Source of the DNA: Gemmatimonadales bacterium
Lineage (GTDB): Bacteria > Gemmatimonadota > Gemmatimonadetes > Gemmatimonadales > GWC2-71-9
Assembly (NCBI GenBank): GCA_038321865.1
Contig: JBBQFH010000001.1
Span: 32,001 to 96,000 of the forward strand
Length of the DNA: 64,000 nucleotides
Direction of reading: 5' to 3'
The position numbers were made by a program, and so were the translations under genes. Each line of letters starts with the position of its first letter. The stretch's first letter is position 1. Shown in pieces: positions 51,534-60,639 of this stretch. The notes beneath the pieces were generated by a model. It was given only the letters and a program-made list of their open reading frames with translations. It did not search any database and had not been told where the DNA came from.

Positions 51534-52317
51534 CGACGACCTGGCGCATGACTGACACGGGCGCCTGAACGCCCGGCCACCAGCGCTCGAATGCGGCAGT
51601 CCCCTGGCCCACCAGCACGGTCCTGCCATCCTCCGCCCGCAATCCGCGGCGGCGAGCTTCATGCACCCACAGTGTCCGACCTCGCCGATAGACGAGGTCG
51701 AGGGCAGCGACCGCGCTCGGCGCCAGTGCGAGCGGCAGCGGGTCACCGTCCTCCGCGTCCAGACCCAGCGGCGTCGCATTGATGCAGAGGACGCAGTCGT
51801 CGGCGAGGGCGCATTCGGCGCCGATCGAACGGGCCCACGCGAGGAACTGCTCCGCCCTGCCGGCCTCGCGCGAGCGCACCCAAACCGGCGCGCCGAGCCG
51901 CCTGGCGGCACCGACCGCCGCGCGGGCGGAGCCGCCCGTCCCGGCGATCATCCAGCCGCCGGCGGGAACGTCGAGCTCACCGACGGCGGCCACAATCCCA
52001 GGGACATCCGTGTTGTCACCGACGAGTGCACCGTTCTCGGCCCAGAATGTGTTGCATGCCCCGAGCTCCCCCACGAGGGCCGAGGCACGATCGAGCGCGT
52101 CCGCCGCGGCGGCCTTGTGGGGAACGGTGACGTTGCCGCCTCCACCCGCATCGGCAAGGCGCCGCATGAGCACCGGAACCTCGTCCGCGCCGCAGCGAAT
52201 GGCGGAATAGGTGCCGTCGAGGCCGAGTGCCGCGAACGCGGCGGTGTGCATGCGGGGGGAGAGTGAATGACCGACCGGATCGCCCAGGACCGCGAAGGGC
52301 CTGCTAACGCCGCTCAC
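51517..52317 (-). CDS. aroE: shikimate dehydrogenase
   Basis: LGDPVGHSLSP, NVTVPHK, NTD, GTGGSARA, NATPLG, DLVY; GTG start approximate. Confidence 0.92.
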   Translation of the reverse strand: MSGVSRPFAVLGDPVGHSLSPRMHTAAFAALGLDGTYSAIRCGADEVPVLMRRLADAGGGGNVTVPHKAAAADALDRASALVGELGACNTFWAENGALVGDNTDVPGIVAAVGELDVPAGGWMIAGTGGSARAAVGAARRLGAPVWVRSREAGRAEQFLAWARSIGAECALADDCVLCINATPLGLDAEDGDPLPLALAPSAVAALDLVYRRGRTLWVHEARRRGLRAEDGRTVLVGQGTAAFERWWPGVQAPVSVMRQVVDAELG

Positions 52318-52792
52318 CGATTCGCTCGGCGTGAATGCGCGCCGCGACCGCGTCAAGCAGGGCGTCGAGCTGGCGGTAGGTCGTGCGATACGCCTCGAGT
52401 TCCAACCCGAATGGATCGGCCACCTCGCGGTCGGCGCCGGCTCGGCCCGCGTATTCGCCGAGCAGGTGTACCCGGGCGCCGCCGCCCAGCTCGTGAAGGC
52501 GCTCACGCTGTTGCTCGGACATGGTGAGGATCAGATCTGACGAACGGGCCATCTCCGATGTGACCAGCCGGGCCCGATGTTCGGAAAGGTCGAGCCCGTT
52601 CTCCATCGCCACGAGCAGGGAGCCCTCCGACGCCGGCGCACCGTCCCACGCGCCGGTTCCTCCCGACGTCACCCGGACGTTGCCGAGTCCGCGCTCGTCG
52701 AGCGCGCGCCGGAGGATCGCCGCGGCCATCGGGCTCCGGCAGGTGTTGCCGGTGCAGACGACGAGCACCTCGGGTACGTGCGCGACGGTCAC
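52304..52792 (-). CDS. low-molecular-weight protein phosphatase, YwlE-like (putative protein-arginine phosphatase)
   Basis: P-loop VCTGNTCRSPMA; ADPFG acid loop. Confidence 0.88.
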   Translation of the reverse strand: MTVAHVPEVLVVCTGNTCRSPMAAAILRRALDERGLGNVRVTSGGTGAWDGAPASEGSLLVAMENGLDLSEHRARLVTSEMARSSDLILTMSEQQRERLHELGGGARVHLLGEYAGRAGADREVADPFGLELEAYRTTYRQLDALLDAVAARIHAERIGERR

Positions 52793-53439
52793 GGCGCGAG
52801 CCGTCCCGCCGCCCGGCGCAGCTCGGCGCGAGGCAGCGCGCCTTCGCGGACCAGCAGCGGCACGCTGGTCGTGCAGTCGACCAGCGTCGATGGCGGGACG
52901 TTGCCGAGCGTACCCCCGTCGAGCACGAGCAGAAGCCCGCTGTCCACCGACTCGCGAAACAGGTCGACCAGCCCGGCCACGCCCGGTGCCGTCGCCCCGC
53001 CCGGACGATTGGCCGAGGTCGACGTCAGCGGCAGCCCCATCTGCTGTACCAGCGTGGCGATGCCGGCATGTGAGGTGTGGCGCGCCGCGATGCCGCCTTC
53101 GACGCCGCGCAGCTGTTCGGGAAGCCGGCCTTCACCACCAGGGAGCACGAGCGTGAGCGGTCCGGGCCAGAAGGCATCGGACAGCGCCCGCGCCGAGGCG
53201 TTGAACGTCAGCCCCCACTGCTCCGCCATCGGCCGGCCGGACACCAGGAGCAGAAAGGGCTTCTTGGGGGGACGGCCCTTGAGCGATGCCAGCGCAGCGA
53301 GCGCCGCCGGGTCCGGCGCGGATCCCAGCCCGTAGACGGTTTCCGTCGGATAGCCGAGCAGTCGGCCGGCCCGAAGGTGCGCTTCCACGATCGGAATCGC
53401 GGCGGCGATATCCTCCGGAGTGCGAAACGGAAGGATCAT
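52789..53439 (-). CDS. tsaC: threonylcarbamoyl-AMP synthase (YrdC domain only)
   Basis: YPTETVYGLG, KGRP, WPGPLT, STSAN, PSTLVD. Confidence 0.92.
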   Translation of the reverse strand: MILPFRTPEDIAAAIPIVEAHLRAGRLLGYPTETVYGLGSAPDPAALAALASLKGRPPKKPFLLLVSGRPMAEQWGLTFNASARALSDAFWPGPLTLVLPGGEGRLPEQLRGVEGGIAARHTSHAGIATLVQQMGLPLTSTSANRPGGATAPGVAGLVDLFRESVDSGLLLVLDGGTLGNVPPSTLVDCTTSVPLLVREGALPRAELRRAAGRLAP

Positions 53440-54125
53440 GTCGGATGCGTTGCCCAGAGCTCCGCGAGCGCGAGATCGTCGGAGCTGGTGATCTTGAAGT
53501 TGCGTGCCGAATCAGGCACGAGCCGCACCACTCCGCCGGCCCGCTCGACCAGCGCGGCGTCATCGGTTGCGATGTCGTCGCCGGGACATGCCAGACGTTG
53601 CGCCGTTTCCAGCAGGGTGCGGGGAAATCCCTGAGGTGTCTGTGCCCGCCACAACCGTGCCCGCGGCACGGTTCGGGCGATGGTGACGCCATCCTCCGCA
53701 CATTCCTTGAGCGTATCGCTCACCGGGACGGCAGCGACGCCGCCGCGGCCGGCCCGCGCCTCGGAGATCACCGCATCAATCACCGCCCGGCCGACGAACG
53801 GCCTCGCGGCATCGTGCACCAGGACTACGGTACAGCCGGCCGGCAGCGCCGCCACGCCGGACGCGGCCGAGACGGCCCGGTGCGCCCCGCCCGCCACCAC
53901 GCTTAGCGAGCCGCCGGCGAGCGTCGCCAGCCATGCTGGCGGGTCTGCCGCATGCGCCGGCGGCAGCACGACCGCCACGTGCGCCACCTCCGGATGGGCG
54001 GCGAACGGCCTGACCGCGCGCAGCAGCATCGGCACACCCGCGATCTCCCGAAACTGCTTGGGCGTGCCGCCGATGCGATGCCCGCCGCCGGCCGCGACGA
54101 TCACGACGCCCACGTCACGCGGCAA
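53436..54125 (-). CDS. ispD: 2-C-methyl-D-erythritol 4-phosphate cytidylyltransferase
   Basis: AAGGGHRIGG.PKQF, VHDAARP, AQTPQ, TDDA, NFKIT; start TTG 54125 or GTG 54113. Confidence 0.94.
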   Translation of the reverse strand: MPRDVGVVIVAAGGGHRIGGTPKQFREIAGVPMLLRAVRPFAAHPEVAHVAVVLPPAHAADPPAWLATLAGGSLSVVAGGAHRAVSAASGVAALPAGCTVVLVHDAARPFVGRAVIDAVISEARAGRGGVAAVPVSDTLKECAEDGVTIARTVPRARLWRAQTPQGFPRTLLETAQRLACPGDDIATDDAALVERAGGVVRLVPDSARNFKITSSDDLALAELWATHPT

Positions 54126-55488
54126 GGGCGCGCACCAGCTGTTCGATGTGATCGAGCCCAACCAGCGAGATCCCCGGAACCTGTACCGCGGCACGTGTCG
54201 AGCCGAACACGCGCCGGAAGCCGAGCCGCGCCGCCTCGACTGCACGACGTTCAAGGCCGGCGGCGGGGCGGATCTCACCGCCGAGTCCAATCTCGCCGAG
54301 AAATATCACGTCGGCCGGTGCCGGACGGTTGTAGAGGCTCGACAGCAGCGCCGCGGCGACGGCCAGGTCGGCGCCGGGCTCGGACAGGCGCACGCCCGCC
54401 GTCACTTGCACGAACACGTCCAGGTCGGCGAACGAGGTGTCCGCCCGCCGCTCGAGCACGGCCAGCAGCACGGCAAGCCGCTTGGGGTCGAACCCGGTGG
54501 CGACCCGCTGGGGCGTGCCGTACCCGGACTTGGCGGCCAGCGCCTGCACCTCGACCAGGACGGGACGGGTGCCCTCCATAAGCGCCGTCACGGCGCTTCC
54601 GCTGATCGAGTCGGAGCGCGCCGCGAGGAAGATGGCGGATGGGTTCAGCACCGCGATCAGGCCGTGCTCGGTCATGGAGAAGACGCCGAGCTCGTCGACT
54701 GACCCGAAACGGTTCTTGGTGGCGCGCAGCAGCCGATAGTCCAGCGTCGCCTCGCCCTCGAAGTAGAGCACCGTGTCCACGATGTGCTCGAGCGTCTTGG
54801 GACCGGCGATGCCCCCGCCTTTCGTCACATGCCCGACGACGATCACCGCGGTGCCGGTATCCTTGGCGTAGCGCATGAGCTGTCCGGAACACTCGCGCAC
54901 CTGCCCCACGTTGCCGGGCGCGCTCTCGAGCGTGTCGGTGTACACCGTCTGAATCGAGTCAATCACCACCACGTCGGCACGGACGCTGAGGGCGGCGTCC
55001 AGAATCGCTTCGAGCCGGGTCTCACCCAGTACGTGCACCGCCCCGGCATCCTCCACCAGTCGCTCGGCCCGCAACCGCAGCTGATCCGGGCTTTCCTCTC
55101 CGCTGGCGTACAGCACCGTCCGCCCGCCGTGCTCCAGTCGCGCAGCGGCCTGCATGAGCAGCGTGGACTTCCCGATGCCCGGCTCCCCGCCGATCAGCGT
55201 CATCGAGCCCGGGACGATCCCCCCGCCGAGCACGAAATCGAATTCATTGAGGCCGGTGTACCAGCGGGACAGGGGCTGCGTGGCGATGTCGCGCAGCCGC
55301 GACGGCGCGACGGAGGATGAGGGGCGCCGCTCGACCCGAGCGGCGGAGGTGCGGGCGTTGGCGGACGCGACGACAAGCGGCTCTTCGGCCACGGCGTTCC
55401 AGGCGCCGCACGCCTCGCAGCGACCCGCCCACTTGGGATGATCGTGGCCACATTCAGTGCAACGGTAGACGGAGCGCGCCTTCGCCAC
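54115..55488 (-). CDS. radA: DNA repair protein RadA/Sms
   Basis: CTECG...CEAC zinc finger, GEPGIGKST, KNRFG. Confidence 0.97.
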   Translation of the reverse strand: MAKARSVYRCTECGHDHPKWAGRCEACGAWNAVAEEPLVVASANARTSAARVERRPSSSVAPSRLRDIATQPLSRWYTGLNEFDFVLGGGIVPGSMTLIGGEPGIGKSTLLMQAAARLEHGGRTVLYASGEESPDQLRLRAERLVEDAGAVHVLGETRLEAILDAALSVRADVVVIDSIQTVYTDTLESAPGNVGQVRECSGQLMRYAKDTGTAVIVVGHVTKGGGIAGPKTLEHIVDTVLYFEGEATLDYRLLRATKNRFGSVDELGVFSMTEHGLIAVLNPSAIFLAARSDSISGSAVTALMEGTRPVLVEVQALAAKSGYGTPQRVATGFDPKRLAVLLAVLERRADTSFADLDVFVQVTAGVRLSEPGADLAVAAALLSSLYNRPAPADVIFLGEIGLGGEIRPAAGLERRAVEAARLGFRRVFGSTRAAVQVPGISLVGLDHIEQLVRALAA

Positions 55489-55489
55489 G

Positions 55490-56875
55490 CTAGTCGGACC
55501 CTTCCCGCTCCGTCCGATTGTCGAAGCGCGTGAACTGCTTGTGAAAATACAGGTCGAGCGTTCCCGTCGGTCCGTTCCGGTGCTTGGCGACGATCACCTC
55601 GGCGATCCCCTCGTTGCTGTTGCCGTCGGCATCCTCCCTGGCGTACATCTCCGGCCGGTGGATGAACAGTACGACGTCGGCATCCTGCTCGATGGCACCG
55701 GAATCGCGCAGGTCGGAGAGGATCGGCTTGCGCTCGCCGCCACGCTGTTCCGACGCGCGGGAAAGCTGCGACAATGCCATCACCGGCACCTCCAGCTCAC
55801 GGGCGAGCGCCTTGAGCGACCGCGAAATGTCGGAGATTTCCTGCACGCGATTCTCCGAGTGCTCGGGGCTTCGCATGAGCTGGAGATAGTCGACGATGAT
55901 GAGCTTGACGTCGTTCTCGACCTTGAGGCGCCGCGCCTTCGAACGCATTTCGAGCAGCGTGAGCGCGGGGGTGTCGTCAATCCAGACCGGACAGCTCTGG
56001 AGAATGCCCGCCGCGCGGGCCAGACGGGTGAAGTCGAAGTCCTTGAGCTCGCCGCGACGCACCGCCTGGCTGTTGACCCTGGCTTCCGCCGTGAGCATGC
56101 GCTGGACGAGCGATTCCTTCGACATCTCGAGCGAGAACACCGCGACGCCATGACCCTCCACCGCCGCGTGGGTCGCGATGTTCAGACAGAATGCCGTCTT
56201 TCCCATCGAGGGGCGGGCGGCCACGATGACCAGATCGTTCGGCTGAAATCCGGTCGTCATCTCATCCAATTCTGCGAATCCGCTGGGCACGCCGGTAATC
56301 GCTTTGCCGCTCTTCTGGAGCGTTTCGATGCGCTCCATCGTGGGCCACAGCATCTCCTTGATGCGGGTGAACCCCTCGTCCCCCCGCTGCTGCGAGATCT
56401 GGAAGATGCGGGATTCGGCGCTGTCGAGGAGCTCGTTGGCCGTCGCCCTGCCGTCGTAGGCCTCCGTGACGATCGCGGTGGCGCCCTCGATCAGCCGCCG
56501 GAGGATCGCCTTGTCCTTGACGATCTTGGCGTGAAACTCGAGGTTGGCGGCGGTGGGGACCGCGTCCACGAGCTCGGCGAGGTATTCGAGGCCCCCGGCT
56601 CCGTCGAGATCACCCCGGCGCATGAGCTCGTCGCGCAGCGTGATGTGGTCGATGACGGTGCGCTGTTCGGTAAGCGCGAGCATGGCGCGGAAGAGGCGCC
56701 GGTGCGCCTCCCGGTAGAACATGCTGTCGTCGACCAGCTCCGCCGCGCGGAGCGCGGCATCCTGGTCGAGCAGCATCGCGCCGAGCACGGCCTGCTCGGC
56801 TTCACCGCTCCACGGGGCCGCCCGGCCCACGTACGGGTCAGCGATCGAGAAGCTGTCGGGCGATACGGACGTCAT
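55490..56875 (-). CDS. dnaB: replicative DNA helicase
   Basis: EAEQAVLG, ARPSMGKT, VDYLQL, LSQLSR, DLRDSGAIEQDAD; no intein. Confidence 0.98.
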   Translation of the reverse strand: MTSVSPDSFSIADPYVGRAAPWSGEAEQAVLGAMLLDQDAALRAAELVDDSMFYREAHRRLFRAMLALTEQRTVIDHITLRDELMRRGDLDGAGGLEYLAELVDAVPTAANLEFHAKIVKDKAILRRLIEGATAIVTEAYDGRATANELLDSAESRIFQISQQRGDEGFTRIKEMLWPTMERIETLQKSGKAITGVPSGFAELDEMTTGFQPNDLVIVAARPSMGKTAFCLNIATHAAVEGHGVAVFSLEMSKESLVQRMLTAEARVNSQAVRRGELKDFDFTRLARAAGILQSCPVWIDDTPALTLLEMRSKARRLKVENDVKLIIVDYLQLMRSPEHSENRVQEISDISRSLKALARELEVPVMALSQLSRASEQRGGERKPILSDLRDSGAIEQDADVVLFIHRPEMYAREDADGNSNEGIAEVIVAKHRNGPTGTLDLYFHKQFTRFDNRTEREGSD

Positions 56876-57629
56876 CCCAGGTCGACTTCTTCCAATTGGG
56901 GTTACGCAGCAGCGCCGCCGGATGGTACGTCACCACCACGGGAATGCCGCTGAAGCTGTGGACCTTGTTGCGCATCTCGGTCAGGCTCTTCTTCGCGCCG
57001 AGCAGCGATTCGGCCGCCGTGCTGCCGAGGGCGAGAATGACCGCCGGCCGGATGATGGCCAGCTGGCGCCAGAGATACGGAATGCACGAGGCGATCTCGG
57101 CCGGCAGCGGCTTCCGGTTCTGCGGCGGGCGGCACTTCACGATATTCGTGATGTACACCTCTTTCCGCGGAACCTCAATAGCGTCGAGAATGCTGTCGAG
57201 CAGTTGGCCCGCCGCGCCCACGAAGGGGCGCCCGGTCGCGTCTTCGGTGGCACCCGGCCCCTCCCCGACCAGCACCAGGCGAGCCCGCGGGTTGCCTTCG
57301 CCGGGCACGGCATGCGTGCGGTGGGGGCAGAGCGTCTGGCAGCATTGGGTGGTCCGGATCCGCTCCGCCACCTGCTCGAGCGTCGCCAGGGCTCCGAGAT
57401 CCCCCAGCACGTCCATCGGCGGCGAGTCGCTCTGCAGCCCCGGCCCCGGCACGGGCGGTGCTCCCTTGCGCCACCGGCCATCGCCCACGGGCATGCTCGT
57501 CCGGCTGCTCGCCATCGTCGCTTCCTTTTCTCCAGCCGGCTCGGCTGGACGGAGCGCCTGGCTCAGGATCACCTCGGCTCCGCCGAGCTCGATCTGTTCT
57601 CGAAGATAGCGGCGGAGCTGGTCAGGCAC
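56838..57629 (-). CDS. uracil-DNA glycosylase family 4
   Basis: VGEGPG.TED..GRPFVG, KCRPPQNR, TYHPAA; GTG start at 57629 inferred. Confidence 0.92.
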   Translation of the reverse strand: MPDQLRRYLREQIELGGAEVILSQALRPAEPAGEKEATMASSRTSMPVGDGRWRKGAPPVPGPGLQSDSPPMDVLGDLGALATLEQVAERIRTTQCCQTLCPHRTHAVPGEGNPRARLVLVGEGPGATEDATGRPFVGAAGQLLDSILDAIEVPRKEVYITNIVKCRPPQNRKPLPAEIASCIPYLWRQLAIIRPAVILALGSTAAESLLGAKKSLTEMRNKVHSFSGIPVVVTYHPAALLRNPNWKKSTWDDVRIARQLLDR

Positions 57630-58818
57630 TCCGCGCCTCCACTTCGTCCAGAATGGCGTCGGCAACCTCGCGCTTGCCCAGCAGGGGGAGGGCGCGCTCG
57701 CCGCCCTCGCGATCCAGCAGCGTCACGCGATTGGTCTCGACCTCGAAGCCGGCGCCGGGCTCGAGGGCGTCGTTTACGACGATGAGGTCCAGTTCCTTGC
57801 GGGCCAGCTTGGCCCGGCCCTTCGCCACCGCGTCACCTGTCTCCAACGCAAAGCCTACGATCACCGAACCCGGCATGCGTGCGGCACGGGTGCCGGCGAG
57901 AATATCCACGGTCGGCTCGAGGTCGAGCGTCAGCGCTCCGCCGCTGCGGGCGACCTTGCCGGTGTTGGGCGCTCGCGGGCGGTAGTCCGCCGGCGCGGCA
58001 GCCATGATCAGGACGGCCGCCGTCTCCAGCTCCTGGCGCACCGCGGCCTCCATTTCCGCGGTCGTCTCCACCCGGCGCATCGTCACGCCGACCGGAGGCG
58101 GAAGCGTCGAGGGCCCCGTGATGAGCACGACTTCGGCCCCGCGCTCCCACGCCGCCTCCGCCAGCCGGTAGCCCATGCGGCCGCTCGAGCGGTTGGTGAT
58201 CACGCGCACGGGATCGATGGATTCGCGGGTGGGACCGGCGGTGACGATCACGCGCCGGCCGGTGAGTACCCCACCCCGGCCCAACAGGCGCGCGGCATGC
58301 GCGAGGATCGTCTCCGGCTCGCTCATGCGGCCGGGACGATCCGAAGGTCCCTCGGCGAGAGCCCCCACCTCAGGCCCCACGATGTGCACGTCGCGCGAAC
58401 GGAGCAGCCCCAGGTTGGCCTGCGTTTCCGGGCGAGCGAACATCGCGTCGTTCATGGCGGGGGCGACGAGCAGCGGCGCCGTGCGCGCGAGCAGCAGCGC
58501 CGTCAGCACGTCGTCGGCGACGCCCTGGGCGAGGCGGGCGAGGAGGTTGGCGGTGGCGGGTGCCACCACGATGAGATCGGCGCCCTGCCCCAGGTGGATG
58601 TGCGCGAGCGCCTCGCCGGGCGCCCAGAGGGAGCGCACGACGGGGCGCCCGGTCAGCGCCTCGAATGTCACCGGCCGTACGAACTCCGCGGCCGCCTGGG
58701 TGAGCACCACATCCACCCGGGCGCCGGCTTCGGTCAGCCGCCGGGCGAGAAGGCAGCTCTTATAGCATGCGATCCCGCCCGACACGCCGAGAACGACGTG
58801 CCGGCCGGCCCACGACAT
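57622..58818 (-). CDS. coaBC: bifunctional phosphopantothenoylcysteine decarboxylase/synthase
   Basis: GVSGGIACYK, APATAN, APAMN, TAGPTRESIDPVR, NRSSGRMG, VGFALET. Confidence 0.96.
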   Translation of the reverse strand: MSWAGRHVVLGVSGGIACYKSCLLARRLTEAGARVDVVLTQAAAEFVRPVTFEALTGRPVVRSLWAPGEALAHIHLGQGADLIVVAPATANLLARLAQGVADDVLTALLLARTAPLLVAPAMNDAMFARPETQANLGLLRSRDVHIVGPEVGALAEGPSDRPGRMSEPETILAHAARLLGRGGVLTGRRVIVTAGPTRESIDPVRVITNRSSGRMGYRLAEAAWERGAEVVLITGPSTLPPPVGVTMRRVETTAEMEAAVRQELETAAVLIMAAAPADYRPRAPNTGKVARSGGALTLDLEPTVDILAGTRAARMPGSVIVGFALETGDAVAKGRAKLARKELDLIVVNDALEPGAGFEVETNRVTLLDREGGERALPLLGKREVADAILDEVEARSA

Positions 58819-59030
58819 CAGGCCTCGGAACGGCGGCGGCGGAGGAGCTTGTAATTCAGGTCGCCTTCGACCAGCGCATCGAGTGCGCGCGTCGTCAGCT
58901 TCTCTTCACTGGCCGCGAGCTGGTCCTTGGGAAAGTCGTTCAGGTAGCGGGCGAACTTCGCCGCGACCAGAACGCCCAGATATTTGTTGCCCGCCATGTG
59001 GGCCACTTCGGACGGCGTGGTGATGCGCAT
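58818..59030 (-). CDS. rpoZ: RNA polymerase omega subunit
   Basis: NKYLGVLVAAKFAR...K.T..AL; canonical gmk-rpoZ-coaBC position. Confidence 0.85.
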   Translation of the reverse strand: MRITTPSEVAHMAGNKYLGVLVAAKFARYLNDFPKDQLAASEEKLTTRALDALVEGDLNYKLLRRRRSEA

Positions 59031-59054
59031 GCTGACTCCCCTGGACTCGGTTGC

Positions 59055-59702
59055 CTAGCTGGTCACTGGAAATTTCGCGGTCTCTTCGATCACGTCGCGG
59101 CGGAGCCGTTCGATCAGCGCGGGCAGCCCGTCCTGCCGGCACACCCGGCGGGCCTCCGCATCGAGAATCGCCGCCACCTGGGCCACGGCGGCGAACAGGT
59201 CCTCATTCACGACGACGTAGTCGTACTCCGACACGGCCTTCAGCTCGTCGGCGGCGCGCGCCACCCGCTCACGGAGCGCGGCCGCCGTCTCGGTGTTGCG
59301 CCCCGTCAGCCGGCCGACCAGCACCGATGCCGATGGCGGAAGGACAAACACCTGCACCGAGTCCGGCATGCGCTCCCGAACCTGATGCGCACCCTTGATC
59401 TCGATGTCCAGCACCACGGTCTTCCCCAGCGCAAAGAGCTGGTCGACCTCGCGTCGCAGCGTGCCGTAGAGCTCACCGCCGTAGGTCGCCGACTCCAGAA
59501 ACTCTCCCGCCGCCTCTCGCCGAAGAAACTCCGCGCGCGAGAGGAAGTGATAGTCGGTGCCATCCCGCTCGCCGGGGCGCATGGGGCGCGTCGTCGCCGA
59601 CACCGAATATCCCAGGTCGTCCCGCGCAAGAAGCAGCTGCTTGGCGATCGACGTCTTCCCCCCGCCCGACGGGGACGACAGCACCAGCAGGAACGGCTTC
59701 AC
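59055..59702 (-). CDS. gmk: guanylate kinase
   Basis: SSPSGGGKTS, SATTRPMRPGE.DG.DYHF, YGT. Confidence 0.97.
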   Translation of the reverse strand: MKPFLLVLSSPSGGGKTSIAKQLLLARDDLGYSVSATTRPMRPGERDGTDYHFLSRAEFLRREAAGEFLESATYGGELYGTLRREVDQLFALGKTVVLDIEIKGAHQVRERMPDSVQVFVLPPSASVLVGRLTGRNTETAAALRERVARAADELKAVSEYDYVVVNEDLFAAVAQVAAILDAEARRVCRQDGLPALIERLRRDVIEETAKFPVTS

Positions 59703-60574
59703 TCGAGGTTCTCGAGCTGCTCGCGGAACTTTTCCAACTCGCCCTTCATCGCGATCACGTGCGCCGTGATGGCGGCGTCATTGGCCTTCGAGCCCATGGT
59801 GTTCACTTCCCGGCCAAGCTCCTGGGCCAGGAATCCGAGCTGCTTGCCGGCGGGGCGATCCGCGGCCAGCGCCTCGCGGCATGCCGCCACATGCGCGGCG
59901 AAGCGCACCAGCTCCTCGGTGATGTCGAGCTTGTCGGCGATGAACGCGATCTCCTGCGCAAGCCGGTTCTCGTCTGCGGTGCGACCGTCCAGGAGCTGCG
60001 CCACCGAGGTGCGCAGACGATCGCGCTCCCGGACCAACCGCTCCGGCGCCAGCGCCGTCACCGCCTCGGCGCCCTCGCCCAGGCGGTCGAGCCGATGCAG
60101 CAGCTCCGCCACCAGCGCCGTTCCTTCGCGCCTCCGCATCGCCCGGCACTCGGCGGCGGCCTGCGCCACGATCGGCTCGACATCGCTCCACGCCGTCTCC
60201 GATGTGGGTGCCCCGGTCCAGCTCAGCACTTCCGGCTGCCGCGCGATCAGATCCAGGTCGACTCGCCCGCCGAGTCCGAGCATGGTCTGCAGCCCCTGCA
60301 GCCGGTCGGCAACCATGCGGGCCCGCTCGATGTTGACCGTGAGCTCCGGTTCCCGCTCGGCGGTCTCCAGCCACCGCACCTGGACGGCGAGATGCCCCCG
60401 GTCGAACTCCTGACGCAACCGCTCGCGGAGATCGGGCTCCAGCGCCGCCAGATCGCTCGGCAGCTTCGCGGCGAGATTGAAATACCGGTGGTTGACCGTC
60501 CGGATCTCGACCCGGAGCCTGCCGTTCGCGGTCGGTCCCTCGGCGGCACCGAAGCCGGTCATGCTATAGGCCAA
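59699..60574 (-). CDS. yicC: YicC/YloC-family endoribonuclease
   Basis: SMTGFG, VNHRY, DITEELVR, GKQLGFLAQELGREVNTMGSK, REQLENLE. Confidence 0.93.
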   Translation of the reverse strand: MAYSMTGFGAAEGPTANGRLRVEIRTVNHRYFNLAAKLPSDLAALEPDLRERLRQEFDRGHLAVQVRWLETAEREPELTVNIERARMVADRLQGLQTMLGLGGRVDLDLIARQPEVLSWTGAPTSETAWSDVEPIVAQAAAECRAMRRREGTALVAELLHRLDRLGEGAEAVTALAPERLVRERDRLRTSVAQLLDGRTADENRLAQEIAFIADKLDITEELVRFAAHVAACREALAADRPAGKQLGFLAQELGREVNTMGSKANDAAITAHVIAMKGELEKFREQLENLE

Positions 60575-60604
60575 GCGATCTCCGCCGATGGGGAATAGCT
60601 CGGA

Positions 60605-60633
60605 AAGTTAGTCTGGCAGAAGGGGTTAGTCTA
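60605..60633 (-). promoter_or_regulatory. candidate promoter for yicC-gmk-rpoZ-coaBC
   Basis: TAGACT (60628-60633), 17-nt spacer, TAACTT (60605-60610). Confidence 0.45.
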
Positions 60634-60639
60634 GCCCGA

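Noticed and set aside
55490..56875. Possible intein in dnaB
   Set aside because: Length (461 aa) and motif continuity are normal.
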